NCBI GenBank assembly: GCA_015064255.1
Contig: SVSP01000006.1
Span: forward strand, 4,007 to 68,006
Direction: 5' to 3'
Length of the DNA: 64,000 nucleotides
Source of the DNA: Oscillospiraceae bacterium
GTDB lineage: Bacteria > Bacillota > Clostridia > Oscillospirales > CAG-272
The notes under the pieces were generated by a model. It was not told the origin of the DNA. It was given only the letters and a program-made list of their open reading frames with translations, and did not search any database. The position numbers and the translations under genes are program-made. How positions within the stretch are numbered: position 1 is the first letter of the stretch; each line of letters begins with the position of its first letter. Below, piece by piece: positions 28,785 to 37,501 of the stretch.

Positions 28785-29954
28785 ATGCTTATAAATATTT
28801 TTATCAAAAATATAAATGCGATCTCCGAGGAAGAGAAGCGCGAAAAATACGGAGTGTTCTACGGCATTCTCGGAATATGTCTTAATCTCGTTTTGTTCGC
28901 AATCAAATTTTTCGCGGGAATTATAACGGGCGCTATCTCCATAACTGCAGATGCCTTCAATAACCTTTCCGACGCGGGATCATCTATAATAACCCTTCTC
29001 GGATTCAGACTTGCTGCCAAAAAGCCTGACGCCGATCACCCGTTCGGTCACGGAAGATCGGAATACATATCGGGATTTATAATATCTATGCTTATTTTGC
29101 TCGTCGGATTTGAACTCGGCAAAAGCTCTCTAGAGAAGATATTCTCACCCGAAGCAGTTGATTTTTCTGTTATTTCTATAATAATTCTTGTAATCTCCGT
29201 AATTATCAAGCTTTATATGGCGTATTATAACTACGCGGTCGGAAAGAAAATAAACTCAAGTGCCATGAAGGCTACTTCAACCGATTCGCTGACAGACTCG
29301 GTTTCCACTACAGTTGTTCTTGTCTGTATGCTCGTTTCGTATTTTACCGAGCTTCAGATAGATGCTTACTGCGGTCTTGCCGTTTCGGGTTTCATACTCT
29401 TTTCGGGACTGCGCTCCGCACAGGAAACAATCAGCCCGCTTCTCGGTCAGACTCCCACACCCGAATTTGTTGCTAAAATTGAAAATACGGTAAAAGAATG
29501 CTCTTACGTGTGCGGTATTCACGATCTTATAGTACACGACTACGGACCGGGACGCAGAATGATCTCTCTGCACGCCGAGGTTCCTGCCGATTCAAATCTT
29601 CTTGAGGTGCACGACGCCATTGACAATATTGAGAAACGACTTCGCGATACGCTTAACTGTGATGCCGTAATACATATGGATCCCGTTCAGTACGGTGACT
29701 CTGCCGTATCTGAAACACGTGAAACAATACAAAAAATGATAAAAAACATCGATGAAAGGATAACCATACACGATTTCCGTATGGTCGTAGGAAATACACA
29801 CACAAATCTCATATTTGATGCTGTAATTCCTTACGATATAGAAATATCCGACAAGGAAATTAAGGGACTCATATCAAAAAACATATCCGATATTGATCCC
29901 GCATACCGTACGGTAATAGAGATCGACCGTCCGTTCATAATAAATATTAAATAA
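28785..29954 (+). CDS. Cation diffusion facilitator family transporter
   Basis: ADAFNNLSD, HPFGHGR.EY and HDLIVHDYGPG. Confidence 0.92.
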   Translation: MLINIFIKNINAISEEEKREKYGVFYGILGICLNLVLFAIKFFAGIITGAISITADAFNNLSDAGSSIITLLGFRLAAKKPDADHPFGHGRSEYISGFIISMLILLVGFELGKSSLEKIFSPEAVDFSVISIIILVISVIIKLYMAYYNYAVGKKINSSAMKATSTDSLTDSVSTTVVLVCMLVSYFTELQIDAYCGLAVSGFILFSGLRSAQETISPLLGQTPTPEFVAKIENTVKECSYVCGIHDLIVHDYGPGRRMISLHAEVPADSNLLEVHDAIDNIEKRLRDTLNCDAVIHMDPVQYGDSAVSETRETIQKMIKNIDERITIHDFRMVVGNTHTNLIFDAVIPYDIEISDKEIKGLISKNISDIDPAYRTVIEIDRPFIINIK

Positions 29955-29980
29955 AACTGTATAGGAGATAAATTCGTAAA

Positions 29981-30598
29981 ATGAAAGTACTTATGTTAAA
30001 CGGAAGTCCCCGTGCAAACGGAAATACGGCAAGAGCACTTGCAGAACTTGAAATGACCTTTGCGAAAGAGGGAATAGAAACAGAAATCGTACAAATCGGA
30101 AACAAGGATGTACGCGGATGTCTTTCTTGCTTTTCCTGCTACAAAAACGGGAAATGCGTAATAGACGACATCGTAAACGAGCTTGCCGAAAAATTTGAAA
30201 AGTGCGACGGACTTATCGTTGCAAGCCCGGTATATTATGCATCACCTAACGGCACACTCGTAGCTTGTCTTGACAGACTCTTTTACAGTTCACGCTTTGA
30301 TAAACGTATGAAGGTAGGGGCATGCGTTGCCGTTGCAAGACGCGGCGGATGCTCTGCAACATTTGATATGCTTAACAAATATTTCACTATAAGCGGTATG
30401 CCGATAGCTTCAAGCCAGTATTGGAACAGCGTACACGGTGCCAAAGCAGGTCAGGCAGAAGAAGACCTTGAAGGACTCCAGACTATGCGCACACTTGCAA
30501 AAAATATGTCGTTTCTTATCAAGAGTATAGCGCTAGGTAAAGAAAAATTCGGATTACCCGAAGCAGAAGCTAAAGTATCAACCAATTTTATAAGATAA
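29981..30598 (+). CDS. Flavodoxin-like / iron-sulfur flavoprotein (NADPH-dependent FMN reductase family)
   Basis: NGSPR..GNT, CxxCxxCx5C, SPVYY, RRGG. Confidence 0.88.
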   Translation: MKVLMLNGSPRANGNTARALAELEMTFAKEGIETEIVQIGNKDVRGCLSCFSCYKNGKCVIDDIVNELAEKFEKCDGLIVASPVYYASPNGTLVACLDRLFYSSRFDKRMKVGACVAVARRGGCSATFDMLNKYFTISGMPIASSQYWNSVHGAKAGQAEEDLEGLQTMRTLAKNMSFLIKSIALGKEKFGLPEAEAKVSTNFIR

Positions 30599-30633
30599 AA
30601 AACTTGCCGATAGCTTATTATCGGCAAGTTTTT
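30597..30633. terminator. Bidirectional intrinsic terminator
   Basis: aaaaacttgccgata/tatcggcaagttttt between convergent genes. Confidence 0.85.
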
Positions 30634-30649
30634 TGTTATACTGTCTTAC

Positions 30650-31771
30650 TTATATTTCGGGCATAACGATCTCGACCTCTCTGCCGCAAGCCGCAGAGCG
30701 TACGATACCGTCGATTATAGCCTGATTTTTGAGTATCTGTTCAGAGGGAATAGGCGAAGGAGTTCCGTTCTTAACAGCTTCTACGAAAGAACCTATCTTT
30801 CTGTCCCAAAGAGAACCGTCTTTTGGATCATCCTTTTCAAGCGGAATTTTGTATTCAACAGCAGATCCCGCGCAGTGACGGTAAATAGTCATTTCACCGC
30901 CGACAGTACCGTTCCAGCAGTCTGTCGAAGGAATTCTGAGTCCTGCTTTGGTTCCGAGAATGATTGTATCACCGGGCGTATTGATATTCATAGCCCACGC
31001 AATACGGAAGTCTATAACAACTCCGCCTTCAAGTCGGATGAAAGCTCCGCTGAAATCATCTACGGAGAATTTGTTTGCGAGAAGCTCTGCATCGTTTCCT
31101 GTGTAACGGTACGTTTCGGGATCTTTTCCGAAGTAATCGGTAACGAAGCCGCTGACTGTTACGGGAGTAGGGTATCCGATAGCATTGAGAACCATATCGA
31201 GCGAATAGCAGCCGATATCACCCAAAGCGCCGACTCCCGCAGTTTCTTTATCTATGAAGGAAAGTCTTGTATTATTACAGGGAATACCTCTGCGTCTTCC
31301 GCCGCCTGTCTGAATGTAGTAGACCTTTCCGAGTTCACCCGATTCAACGATCTCTTTGATCTTCTTCATATTGCGGTCAAAACGAGGCTGAAAACCGATA
31401 GAAAGGATCTTTCCGCTTGCTTTTTCCGCACGCATCATATCTGCCGCTTCGTCAAGAGTTACCGAGAACGGCTTTTCGCAAAGAACGTTTACGCCTTTGT
31501 TAAGAGCATAGATGGTGGGTGCGGCGTGCTGTGCGTTGTATGTACAAACCGAAACCGCATCAAGAACCTCCGTGTCAAGCATTTTTTCGTGCGACTCATA
31601 GAACGTGCAGTTTTCGATACAAAATTCCTTGGCAAACGCCTCTGCCTTTCCGGGTACGATGTCACAAAGTGCTGTGATCTCAATATCCGTGCGCTTTAAA
31701 TACGCTCTCATATGCGCGTGGGCAATACTGCCTGTGCCTATAAAACCTATGCGAACTTTTTTCTGTTCCAT
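30650..31771 (-). CDS. Gfo/Idh/MocA family oxidoreductase (start at ATG 31771)
   Basis: GFIGTGSIA, CEKP, GALGDIGCY; SD GGAGG upstream of ATG 31771. Confidence 0.9.
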   Translation of the reverse strand: MEQKKVRIGFIGTGSIAHAHMRAYLKRTDIEITALCDIVPGKAEAFAKEFCIENCTFYESHEKMLDTEVLDAVSVCTYNAQHAAPTIYALNKGVNVLCEKPFSVTLDEAADMMRAEKASGKILSIGFQPRFDRNMKKIKEIVESGELGKVYYIQTGGGRRRGIPCNNTRLSFIDKETAGVGALGDIGCYSLDMVLNAIGYPTPVTVSGFVTDYFGKDPETYRYTGNDAELLANKFSVDDFSGAFIRLEGGVVIDFRIAWAMNINTPGDTIILGTKAGLRIPSTDCWNGTVGGEMTIYRHCAGSAVEYKIPLEKDDPKDGSLWDRKIGSFVEAVKNGTPSPIPSEQILKNQAIIDGIVRSAACGREVEIVMPEI

Positions 31772-31848
31772 AATATTATCCTCCAAAATGAAACGATGTC
31801 AAAAGGAGTATAACACTTTTTTGAAACAATGTCAAGCATTATATGCCT

Positions 31849-33465
31849 TTACTTTGGCAAACGGTCAGAGAACATTATAAGATTCGATGTCACCTTTTCG
31901 TTTTCGGAAAGAGGCTTAAACGTACCGTTTTCGTAGAGAATATCCAATACCATAAGCGCAACGTCGCGCGAAACAAATCCGTTTACTCCGTCGCTTACAA
32001 TAAGATCCTGCACCTGCGGAGGATAATCTCTTGCATTTTCCATTGCGGCTTTGAGTGCGAAATCGGCAAACTTATCCTTTATCTTCTTATCAAGGCAGGG
32101 AATACTTTTTACAAAGTCATTGTAAAGTCCTTTGTATATCATAATATTTACCTTGTTATCATCGCTTATAAACTTTCTGCTTCTGAGTCGGTCAAACTTT
32201 TCTGAATTTGCGGAGGTATCCGATATAAGCCCTGTCATAAATTCATACACGTATTCATAGTCGGTGTAAAGATTATTTGCCCAACCACCCTCACGCGAGG
32301 AGTAACGTGTATCTATCGCCCATGAAGTTGCAGGGTATTTTGCCGAGCTGCGAGTCATATTTCCGCACGCCCAGTATTCGGGAAGATCGAGCGTAGCTTT
32401 ATATTCGGGGTCGATCCGCGTCGTTTTCAGATGAATACAAGGAATATAATAACCGCCATCGGTTGTTTTGATATAATATTTGCTGCGATCCTTTTCAATA
32501 TACGGACTGCAGTTATTCGATACTCCGTAGAATATTGCCGCCGCTTCAAACAGTTCACGGTTTCCGTCCGGAATATATATGTCATTAAACTGTGAAACTG
32601 CCTTTCTTACCAAAGGAACGTATTCCTTCACGAGAATATCGGCAATTTCAAGCTTCATTTTCGCGATTTTTTCATAACGCTCAAGAGAAAAAACGGTAGA
32701 ATAGAAGAGTACGTTTGTCGTGTATTTGTTGCCTTTCTGACGAACGAGAAAACCGTTACCCTCAAGATAATCTATCTTATCTTCAATATATACGGGTGTA
32801 ACGCCGAGCTCAACTGCTATTTCTTCTTTCGTTTTGGGAGCAAAATATACGCTGTAAACTATATTCAAATTAAGCTTATCACGAAGATACGCTTCGGGTC
32901 CGCCCTTCTTTCCCGGAGTTCCGTCGTGACTCCAAGAGGTAGCTTCAACCGGACTCAAACCGAGATTACCTATTTTTCTTTCCATACTAAAACACTCCTT
33001 TAATTCATTTCTTGCTTTGTTAAGATGCCATTTCACAGTTCCTTCGGGAATATTTAACAGTTTTGAAATGGCACTTATCGATTTGTTCTCATAGTAAAAG
33101 AGATAAACTATTTTACGGCGTGTTTGTGTAAGAAAAGCTATCTCACGGCGTAACCTTGCGATTTCCTCTTCGGAATCTTCGGGTAAAAATTCCTCTTCAA
33201 AAGGAATTTCCATACCGTCTATTGATATACCGCTGTGTCTTTTCTTTAAAGAAACGTATCTTGAATAGGTATATTCGCTTATTCTCCAGATATAGCCTTC
33301 GATATTTACAACATCGTCGGCTTTGAGAAGGGAAATATACACTTCTTCAACGATATTTGAACAGAGTTCTTCCGCTTCATCGTAAGAAAATGCTTTCTTT
33401 ACAGAGAAACCGTAAATTTTCTGAAGATAATCACAAATTATCTTATCAACTTTTTGCTTATCCAT
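31849..33465 (-). CDS. ECF-type sigma-70 factor with a long C-terminal extension (start reassigned to MDKQK)
   Basis: Region 2 (EAEELCSNI...GYIWRIS), region 4 (ISKLLNIPEGTVKWHLNKAR), then about 370 extra aa. Confidence 0.85.
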   Translation of the reverse strand: MDKQKVDKIICDYLQKIYGFSVKKAFSYDEAEELCSNIVEEVYISLLKADDVVNIEGYIWRISEYTYSRYVSLKKRHSGISIDGMEIPFEEEFLPEDSEEEIARLRREIAFLTQTRRKIVYLFYYENKSISAISKLLNIPEGTVKWHLNKARNELKECFSMERKIGNLGLSPVEATSWSHDGTPGKKGGPEAYLRDKLNLNIVYSVYFAPKTKEEIAVELGVTPVYIEDKIDYLEGNGFLVRQKGNKYTTNVLFYSTVFSLERYEKIAKMKLEIADILVKEYVPLVRKAVSQFNDIYIPDGNRELFEAAAIFYGVSNNCSPYIEKDRSKYYIKTTDGGYYIPCIHLKTTRIDPEYKATLDLPEYWACGNMTRSSAKYPATSWAIDTRYSSREGGWANNLYTDYEYVYEFMTGLISDTSANSEKFDRLRSRKFISDDNKVNIMIYKGLYNDFVKSIPCLDKKIKDKFADFALKAAMENARDYPPQVQDLIVSDGVNGFVSRDVALMVLDILYENGTFKPLSENEKVTSNLIMFSDRLPK

Positions 33466-33554
33466 AACTGAGACCAAATCTTTCTTTGGATTTTTCTTTC
33501 GGCGCCGTCTGACAATACAGTGCATAAGAAATAAAAAAGGTTGGCGGTGTAAGT

Positions 33555-33596
33555 AAAAAAAATAAACGGTAATATTCTCACGAACATTACCGTTTA
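33555..33596 (-). terminator. Terminator of tRNA-Arg(ACG)
   Basis: Minus strand: taaacggtaat...attaccgttta followed by a T run. Confidence 0.8.
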
Positions 33597-33601
33597 CTTC
33601 A

Positions 33602-33674
33602 CGCGCCCGGCAGGATTCGAACCTGCGACCTACCGGTTCGTAGCCGGGCACTCTATCCACTGAGCTACGGGCGC
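33602..33674 (-). tRNA. tRNA-Arg(ACG), CCA not encoded
   Basis: Acceptor GCGCCCG/CGGGCGC, D arm GCTC-AGTGGATA-GAGT, anticodon loop CTACGAA, T loop TTCGAAT. Confidence 0.95.
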
Positions 33675-33715
33675 GTATTCCATACTCAACACAGCCTTGC
33701 GTTTCGTACTTGACT

Positions 33716-33744
33716 ATAATAGCACACAAGTTTCGATTTGTCAA
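33716..33744 (-). promoter_or_regulatory. SigA-type promoter of tRNA-Arg(ACG)
   Basis: TTGACA-17 nt-TATTAT with TG extension on the minus strand. Confidence 0.7.
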
Positions 33745-33782
33745 TAGCAAAATGAAAAATTTTTAATTTTTTTCTAAAAAAT

Positions 33783-35027
33783 TCAGTGCACGTAAATAAT
33801 CTCCGCTTCGGTGAAAGAAGTGTTTCCTTCATCTACCGAAATCGTCTTGAACTGTTCTTCATTTCCCGAATAATATACTGTGTGTAAAGCATCGCATTCA
33901 TAAAATGCGTTTTTGCCGATTTCAGTGAGAGAAACGGGAAGCTCTATATTCTCGGCGTTTGTGCAGGCAGAAAAAGCGAACGCTCCGATAGACTTGATAT
34001 TTTTCGTAAGAATTATTTCTTCAAAAGAAGTACATCCCATAAATGCAGAACTGTCTATCTTTGTAAGAGAGTCGGGAAGTGTGGGAAATTCAAGAGAAGA
34101 GCATCCCGAGAAAACGTATGCGTTTATTACCGTAAGCGCATCGGGAATATTTACACTCTTCAGAGAAGAACAGTCTTTAAATGCGTATGGAGAAATAGAG
34201 ATCACACTTTCGGGGATATTTATGCTCTCAAGATTTTTACATCCGTAAAACGCATACGTTCCTATTGAAGAAAGCTCTGACGGCAGAGCTACGTTTTTAA
34301 GCCTGACATAGTTTTTGAACGCGTTTGCTGCCACCGATTTTACTTTTATTCCGTCGAAAATATCCGGTATAACAATATTACCGTTACCTGTATATGCGCT
34401 TCTTATAAAAGAGATAATTCCGTTTTCATTTATACTGAACCAAGGCTCAAGAGCAGAGCAGGATACGTTTTTTCCTTCCTTTTCTGAGAAAGAAGCGTAA
34501 ATATCCGCAAGAATATCCTTGCTGTTTTTGAAATCAACTATTTCGGAAAATATCTCTGCGGCTTTTTCATAGTTTCCTTTTTCATAGTTGCTTTCAGCAA
34601 CAGAATACTTTATCGGAGCAACAAGCATAAGAGAAGCCGTAATTATTATCGCAAGGGAAACAAGTATCGAAGCGGAGATCATAACAATGCGCTTTATCTT
34701 CTTTGGTGTAAAAGACAGCGATTTCATTTCTTCTTTTTCACGCTCTTCCTGACGTGCTGCAAGATATTCGCAGGATTCCACCTGCTCGGATGCATCGCGG
34801 TAATTTCCGAGCCATTCAAAAATAGCTTTTGCCTCACGCAAATCTCTTGCGTAAAGCGCTATCTTTTTCTTATGAAGAGCCTCAAGGTATATTTCATCCT
34901 TCTTCTCTCTGAGCGTTTCCTCACCGGGAATATCGACAACTCTTCCGCATTTCGGACAGTTTACGTTTCCATGGCTTTTCTCGGATATAAAAACATTTTT
35001 ACATTCATTACAGTAAATAACAGACAT
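33783..35027 (-). CDS. Zinc ribbon + TM + BspA-type leucine-rich repeat (LRR_5) protein
   Basis: N-terminal CxxC...CPKCG, one TM segment, repeats of type LxxIxIPxSVxxIxxxAFxxC. Confidence 0.8.
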   Translation of the reverse strand: MSVIYCNECKNVFISEKSHGNVNCPKCGRVVDIPGEETLREKKDEIYLEALHKKKIALYARDLREAKAIFEWLGNYRDASEQVESCEYLAARQEEREKEEMKSLSFTPKKIKRIVMISASILVSLAIIITASLMLVAPIKYSVAESNYEKGNYEKAAEIFSEIVDFKNSKDILADIYASFSEKEGKNVSCSALEPWFSINENGIISFIRSAYTGNGNIVIPDIFDGIKVKSVAANAFKNYVRLKNVALPSELSSIGTYAFYGCKNLESINIPESVISISPYAFKDCSSLKSVNIPDALTVINAYVFSGCSSLEFPTLPDSLTKIDSSAFMGCTSFEEIILTKNIKSIGAFAFSACTNAENIELPVSLTEIGKNAFYECDALHTVYYSGNEEQFKTISVDEGNTSFTEAEIIYVH

Positions 35028-35242
35028 TTGAGCTTCCGTTTCTCCGACGAATATTTTTTGTATCCTACCGTTTCGTCGGCAACAGTATCATTATGTATAT
35101 TATAATGATATTTTAACCGTATGTCAATAAAAAGTAAAAATTGTTTACACTATCTTCTGTCTTGATATGTGTACTTGACATTTTTTATATAGTAGTGTAA
35201 AATAATATGCGTAAAAAACTTTTTTGGAATGTGATAGACAGT

Positions 35243-35860
35243 ATGAACATCAAAATAAATTATCAAAAAGAGCTTGAAAAGCTGCTAAAAAATATATCAC
35301 CCAAAACCAAACTGCTTTTGCACAGCTGCTGCGCTCCCTGTTCTTCATACGTTATATCCTATCTGTCAAACTATATGGATATAACGGTCTTTTACTATAA
35401 TCCGAACATAACCGAGCGTTACGAATATATGAAGCGCGCAAAAGAGCAAGAACGGCTTATCGGTGAAATGCCTACTCTGCATAAGGTAAGCTTTATGGAA
35501 GGCATCTACGACGAAAACGCCTTTTTTGATGCTGTAAAAGGATACGAGGAATGCAGGGAGGGCGGAGATCGCTGTAAAATATGCTATCGTCTTCGTCTTG
35601 ACGAAACTGCCAAAGCCGCAAATATTGGCGGATTTGATTATTTTTCCACAACACTCACGATAAGTCCTCTTAAAAACGCTTCTGCCATAAATGAAATAGG
35701 ATACGGGCTTTCCGAAAAATACGGTGTTAAATGGCTCCCGTCCGATTTCAAAAAAAATGAAGGTTATAAAAAGAGCATAGAGCTTTCAAAAGAATATTCT
35801 CTCTACCGCCAGAATTACTGCGGATGTATATTCTCACTCCGCGACTCAAAAGAACAGTAA
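35243..35860 (+). CDS. queH: Epoxyqueuosine reductase QueH (start probably ATG 35243)
   Basis: HSCCAPCS, YNPNI, RCKICYRLRL, YRQNYCGC. ATG 35207 lies only 3 nt after the -10 box of the promoter at 35175-35203. Confidence 0.9.
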   Translation: MNIKINYQKELEKLLKNISPKTKLLLHSCCAPCSSYVISYLSNYMDITVFYYNPNITERYEYMKRAKEQERLIGEMPTLHKVSFMEGIYDENAFFDAVKGYEECREGGDRCKICYRLRLDETAKAANIGGFDYFSTTLTISPLKNASAINEIGYGLSEKYGVKWLPSDFKKNEGYKKSIELSKEYSLYRQNYCGCIFSLRDSKEQ

Positions 35861-35882
35861 ATAAAAAAGTGAGGTTTATAAA

Positions 35883-36419
35883 ATGGAAATCACCGAAAAG
35901 ATATTAAAATCCGATACTGTCTTCACAGGAAAAGTAATAAACGTAAAGACACTTTCCGTTCGTCTTCCCAACGGAAACGAAGGTTATCGCGAAATAGTCG
36001 AGCATAACGGAGGCGTTTGTGTCGCGCCTCTTACAGATGACAACAAGCTTATATTCGTGCATCAGTTCAGATGTCCGTATCAGGAAGAAACACTTGAAAT
36101 TCCCGCAGGTAAGCTTGAAAAGGGCGAAGACCATAGAGAAGCCTGGAAACGCGAACTGAAAGAAGAAACCGGTTGTACGGCAGGCAGTTATGAATATATG
36201 GGTATAATTTATCCTACACCCGGATATTGCGCTGAGAAGCTCTATCTTTATTTTGCAAGAAACCTCACGAGAAGTGTACAGGCACTTGACGATGATGAAT
36301 TTCTCAATGTCGAAGAAATAGAAATCGAAAAAGCTCTTGAAATGGTAATGAACGGAGAAATAAAAGATTCAAAAACTCAGATAGCAGTTCTTAAAGTAGC
36401 GAGAATGCTTGGAATCTGA
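35883..36419 (+). CDS. nudF: NUDIX hydrolase, ADP-ribose pyrophosphatase type
   Basis: REIVEH.GGV, EIPAGKLE.GE...RELKEETG, LDDDEFL. Confidence 0.85.
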   Translation: MEITEKILKSDTVFTGKVINVKTLSVRLPNGNEGYREIVEHNGGVCVAPLTDDNKLIFVHQFRCPYQEETLEIPAGKLEKGEDHREAWKRELKEETGCTAGSYEYMGIIYPTPGYCAEKLYLYFARNLTRSVQALDDDEFLNVEEIEIEKALEMVMNGEIKDSKTQIAVLKVARMLGI

Positions 36420-36523
36420 TCCTAACTACAACAATTTCTTATGTAACAAAAACAAAAAACACAGCTTTAGATAAATTAGACAAATTTATTTCAAAAAAAT
36501 CAAAAAAATTACGCAAATAACTG

Positions 36524-36552
36524 TTGACAAAACGAGAACGTTGTGCTATAAT
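36524..36552 (+). promoter_or_regulatory. SigA-type promoter of tRNA-Pro
   Basis: TTGACA-17 nt-TATAAT with TG extension and an A-tract UP element. Confidence 0.8.
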
Positions 36553-36582
36553 CTCTATTGTTCCGCGCAAGCGTGAAGAAAT

Positions 36583-36655
36583 CTGGGTGTGGCGCAGTTG
36601 GTAGCGCGCTACCTTGGGGTGGTAGAGGCCGCTGGTTCAAGTCCAGTCACTCAGA
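36583..36655 (+). tRNA. tRNA-Pro(GGG), CCA not encoded; integration site
   Basis: Acceptor CTGGGTG/CACTCAG, anticodon arm CTACC-TTGGGGT-GGTAG, T arm GCTGG-TTCAAGT-CCAGT. Confidence 0.95.
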
Positions 36656-36660
36656 TAAAA

Positions 36661-36695
36661 TAAAGACCGAGGTTTTTACCTCGGTTTTTATTTTT
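36661..36695 (+). terminator. tRNA-Pro terminator
   Basis: aagaccgagg/cctcggtttt plus a T run. Confidence 0.75.
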
Positions 36696-36782
36696 GTGTA
36701 ACTGGGGTATAAGAAAGAGCGGCGAATTTTTGATGCAATCAAAAATTCAAATAATCTGCCAACGGCAGATTTGTTTAGCTGA

Positions 36783-36806
36783 GTTCAAGTCCAGTCACTC
36801 AGACCA
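36783..36806 (+). repeat. Duplicate of the tRNA-Pro 3' end (T loop to ACCA)
   Basis: gttcaagtccagtcactcaga is identical to 36635-36655 and is followed by cca. Confidence 0.9.
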
Positions 36807-36849
36807 AATAAAGCCTTGAAAACGTTGAGTTTTCAAGGCTTTATTTTTT
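36807..36849 (+). terminator. Intrinsic terminator after the tRNA 3'-end duplicate
   Basis: aataaagccttgaaaac/gttttcaaggctttatt plus a T run. Confidence 0.8.
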
Positions 36850-36852
36850 GCT

Positions 36853-36976
36853 TGTTACGCAGTTTTTTAGATGAGTGTTACGCAATTTGCTACGCAGATT
36901 GTGTAACACCTTGCTTTTTTATAGCTTGGCACAACCATTTCTAATTCGCCTTTTATTTGTAACACATTTGTAACGC
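36853..36976. repeat. Clustered TGTTACGCA-like direct and inverted repeats (putative integrase arm sites)
   Basis: tgttacgca at 36853 and 36876, tgctacgca at 36888; inverted tgtaacac/tgtaacgc near 36900, 36956 and 36967. Confidence 0.6.
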
Positions 36977-37035
36977 CCTGCCTGTTAAAATTCTTTCGTT
37001 AAGAGTGTGATCAGGCATATAGAGGAAAGGAGATA

Positions 37036-37419
37036 TTGATGATTATTGTATGTTTTGATAGTACGCCCATTATGCTTCAATCTCTGGAAGAAAATGCGAA
37101 AGCGGCATTTCCGCACGCGGATATACAGGCGTTTCTTACGGATGAATCTGCGCTGAATTATGCGAAAACCAAGGGGTGTGATATACTTCTTTGTGAAATA
37201 AATCCACCAAGACTTGAGGGCATTTTTCTTGCAGAAGAAATAAAGAAAATCAATTCCAAAGTTAATATCGTTTTTGTTACAGTATGCTCCGAAAATGAGT
37301 ACGCAAAAGAGATAATGCGCTTGAAGCCAAGCGGATATTTGACCAAAGAAGCCACCAATAATCAAATACTGTATGAACTTCAAAATTTACGTTATCCGAT
37401 TCCTTCAATGGCACTTTAA
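37036..37419 (+). CDS. Stand-alone atypical receiver-domain protein
   Basis: REC fold pattern (NIVFVT, SGYLTK) with SD GAAAGGAG; phosphoacceptor position is Glu. Confidence 0.75.
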   Translation: MMIIVCFDSTPIMLQSLEENAKAAFPHADIQAFLTDESALNYAKTKGCDILLCEINPPRLEGIFLAEEIKKINSKVNIVFVTVCSENEYAKEIMRLKPSGYLTKEATNNQILYELQNLRYPIPSMAL

Positions 37420-37501
37420 AATATTTAAAGTGTTGAAATAACGCGAAAATATTACTAACAAAAACTATTATAGCTATTAGAGCAATCAGGAGGATTACAT
37501 T

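Noticed and set aside
33466-33750. 95-aa N-terminal extension of the ECF ORF in the track
   Set aside because: It runs through tRNA-Arg(ACG) and its terminator; sigma homology starts at MDKQK (33465).
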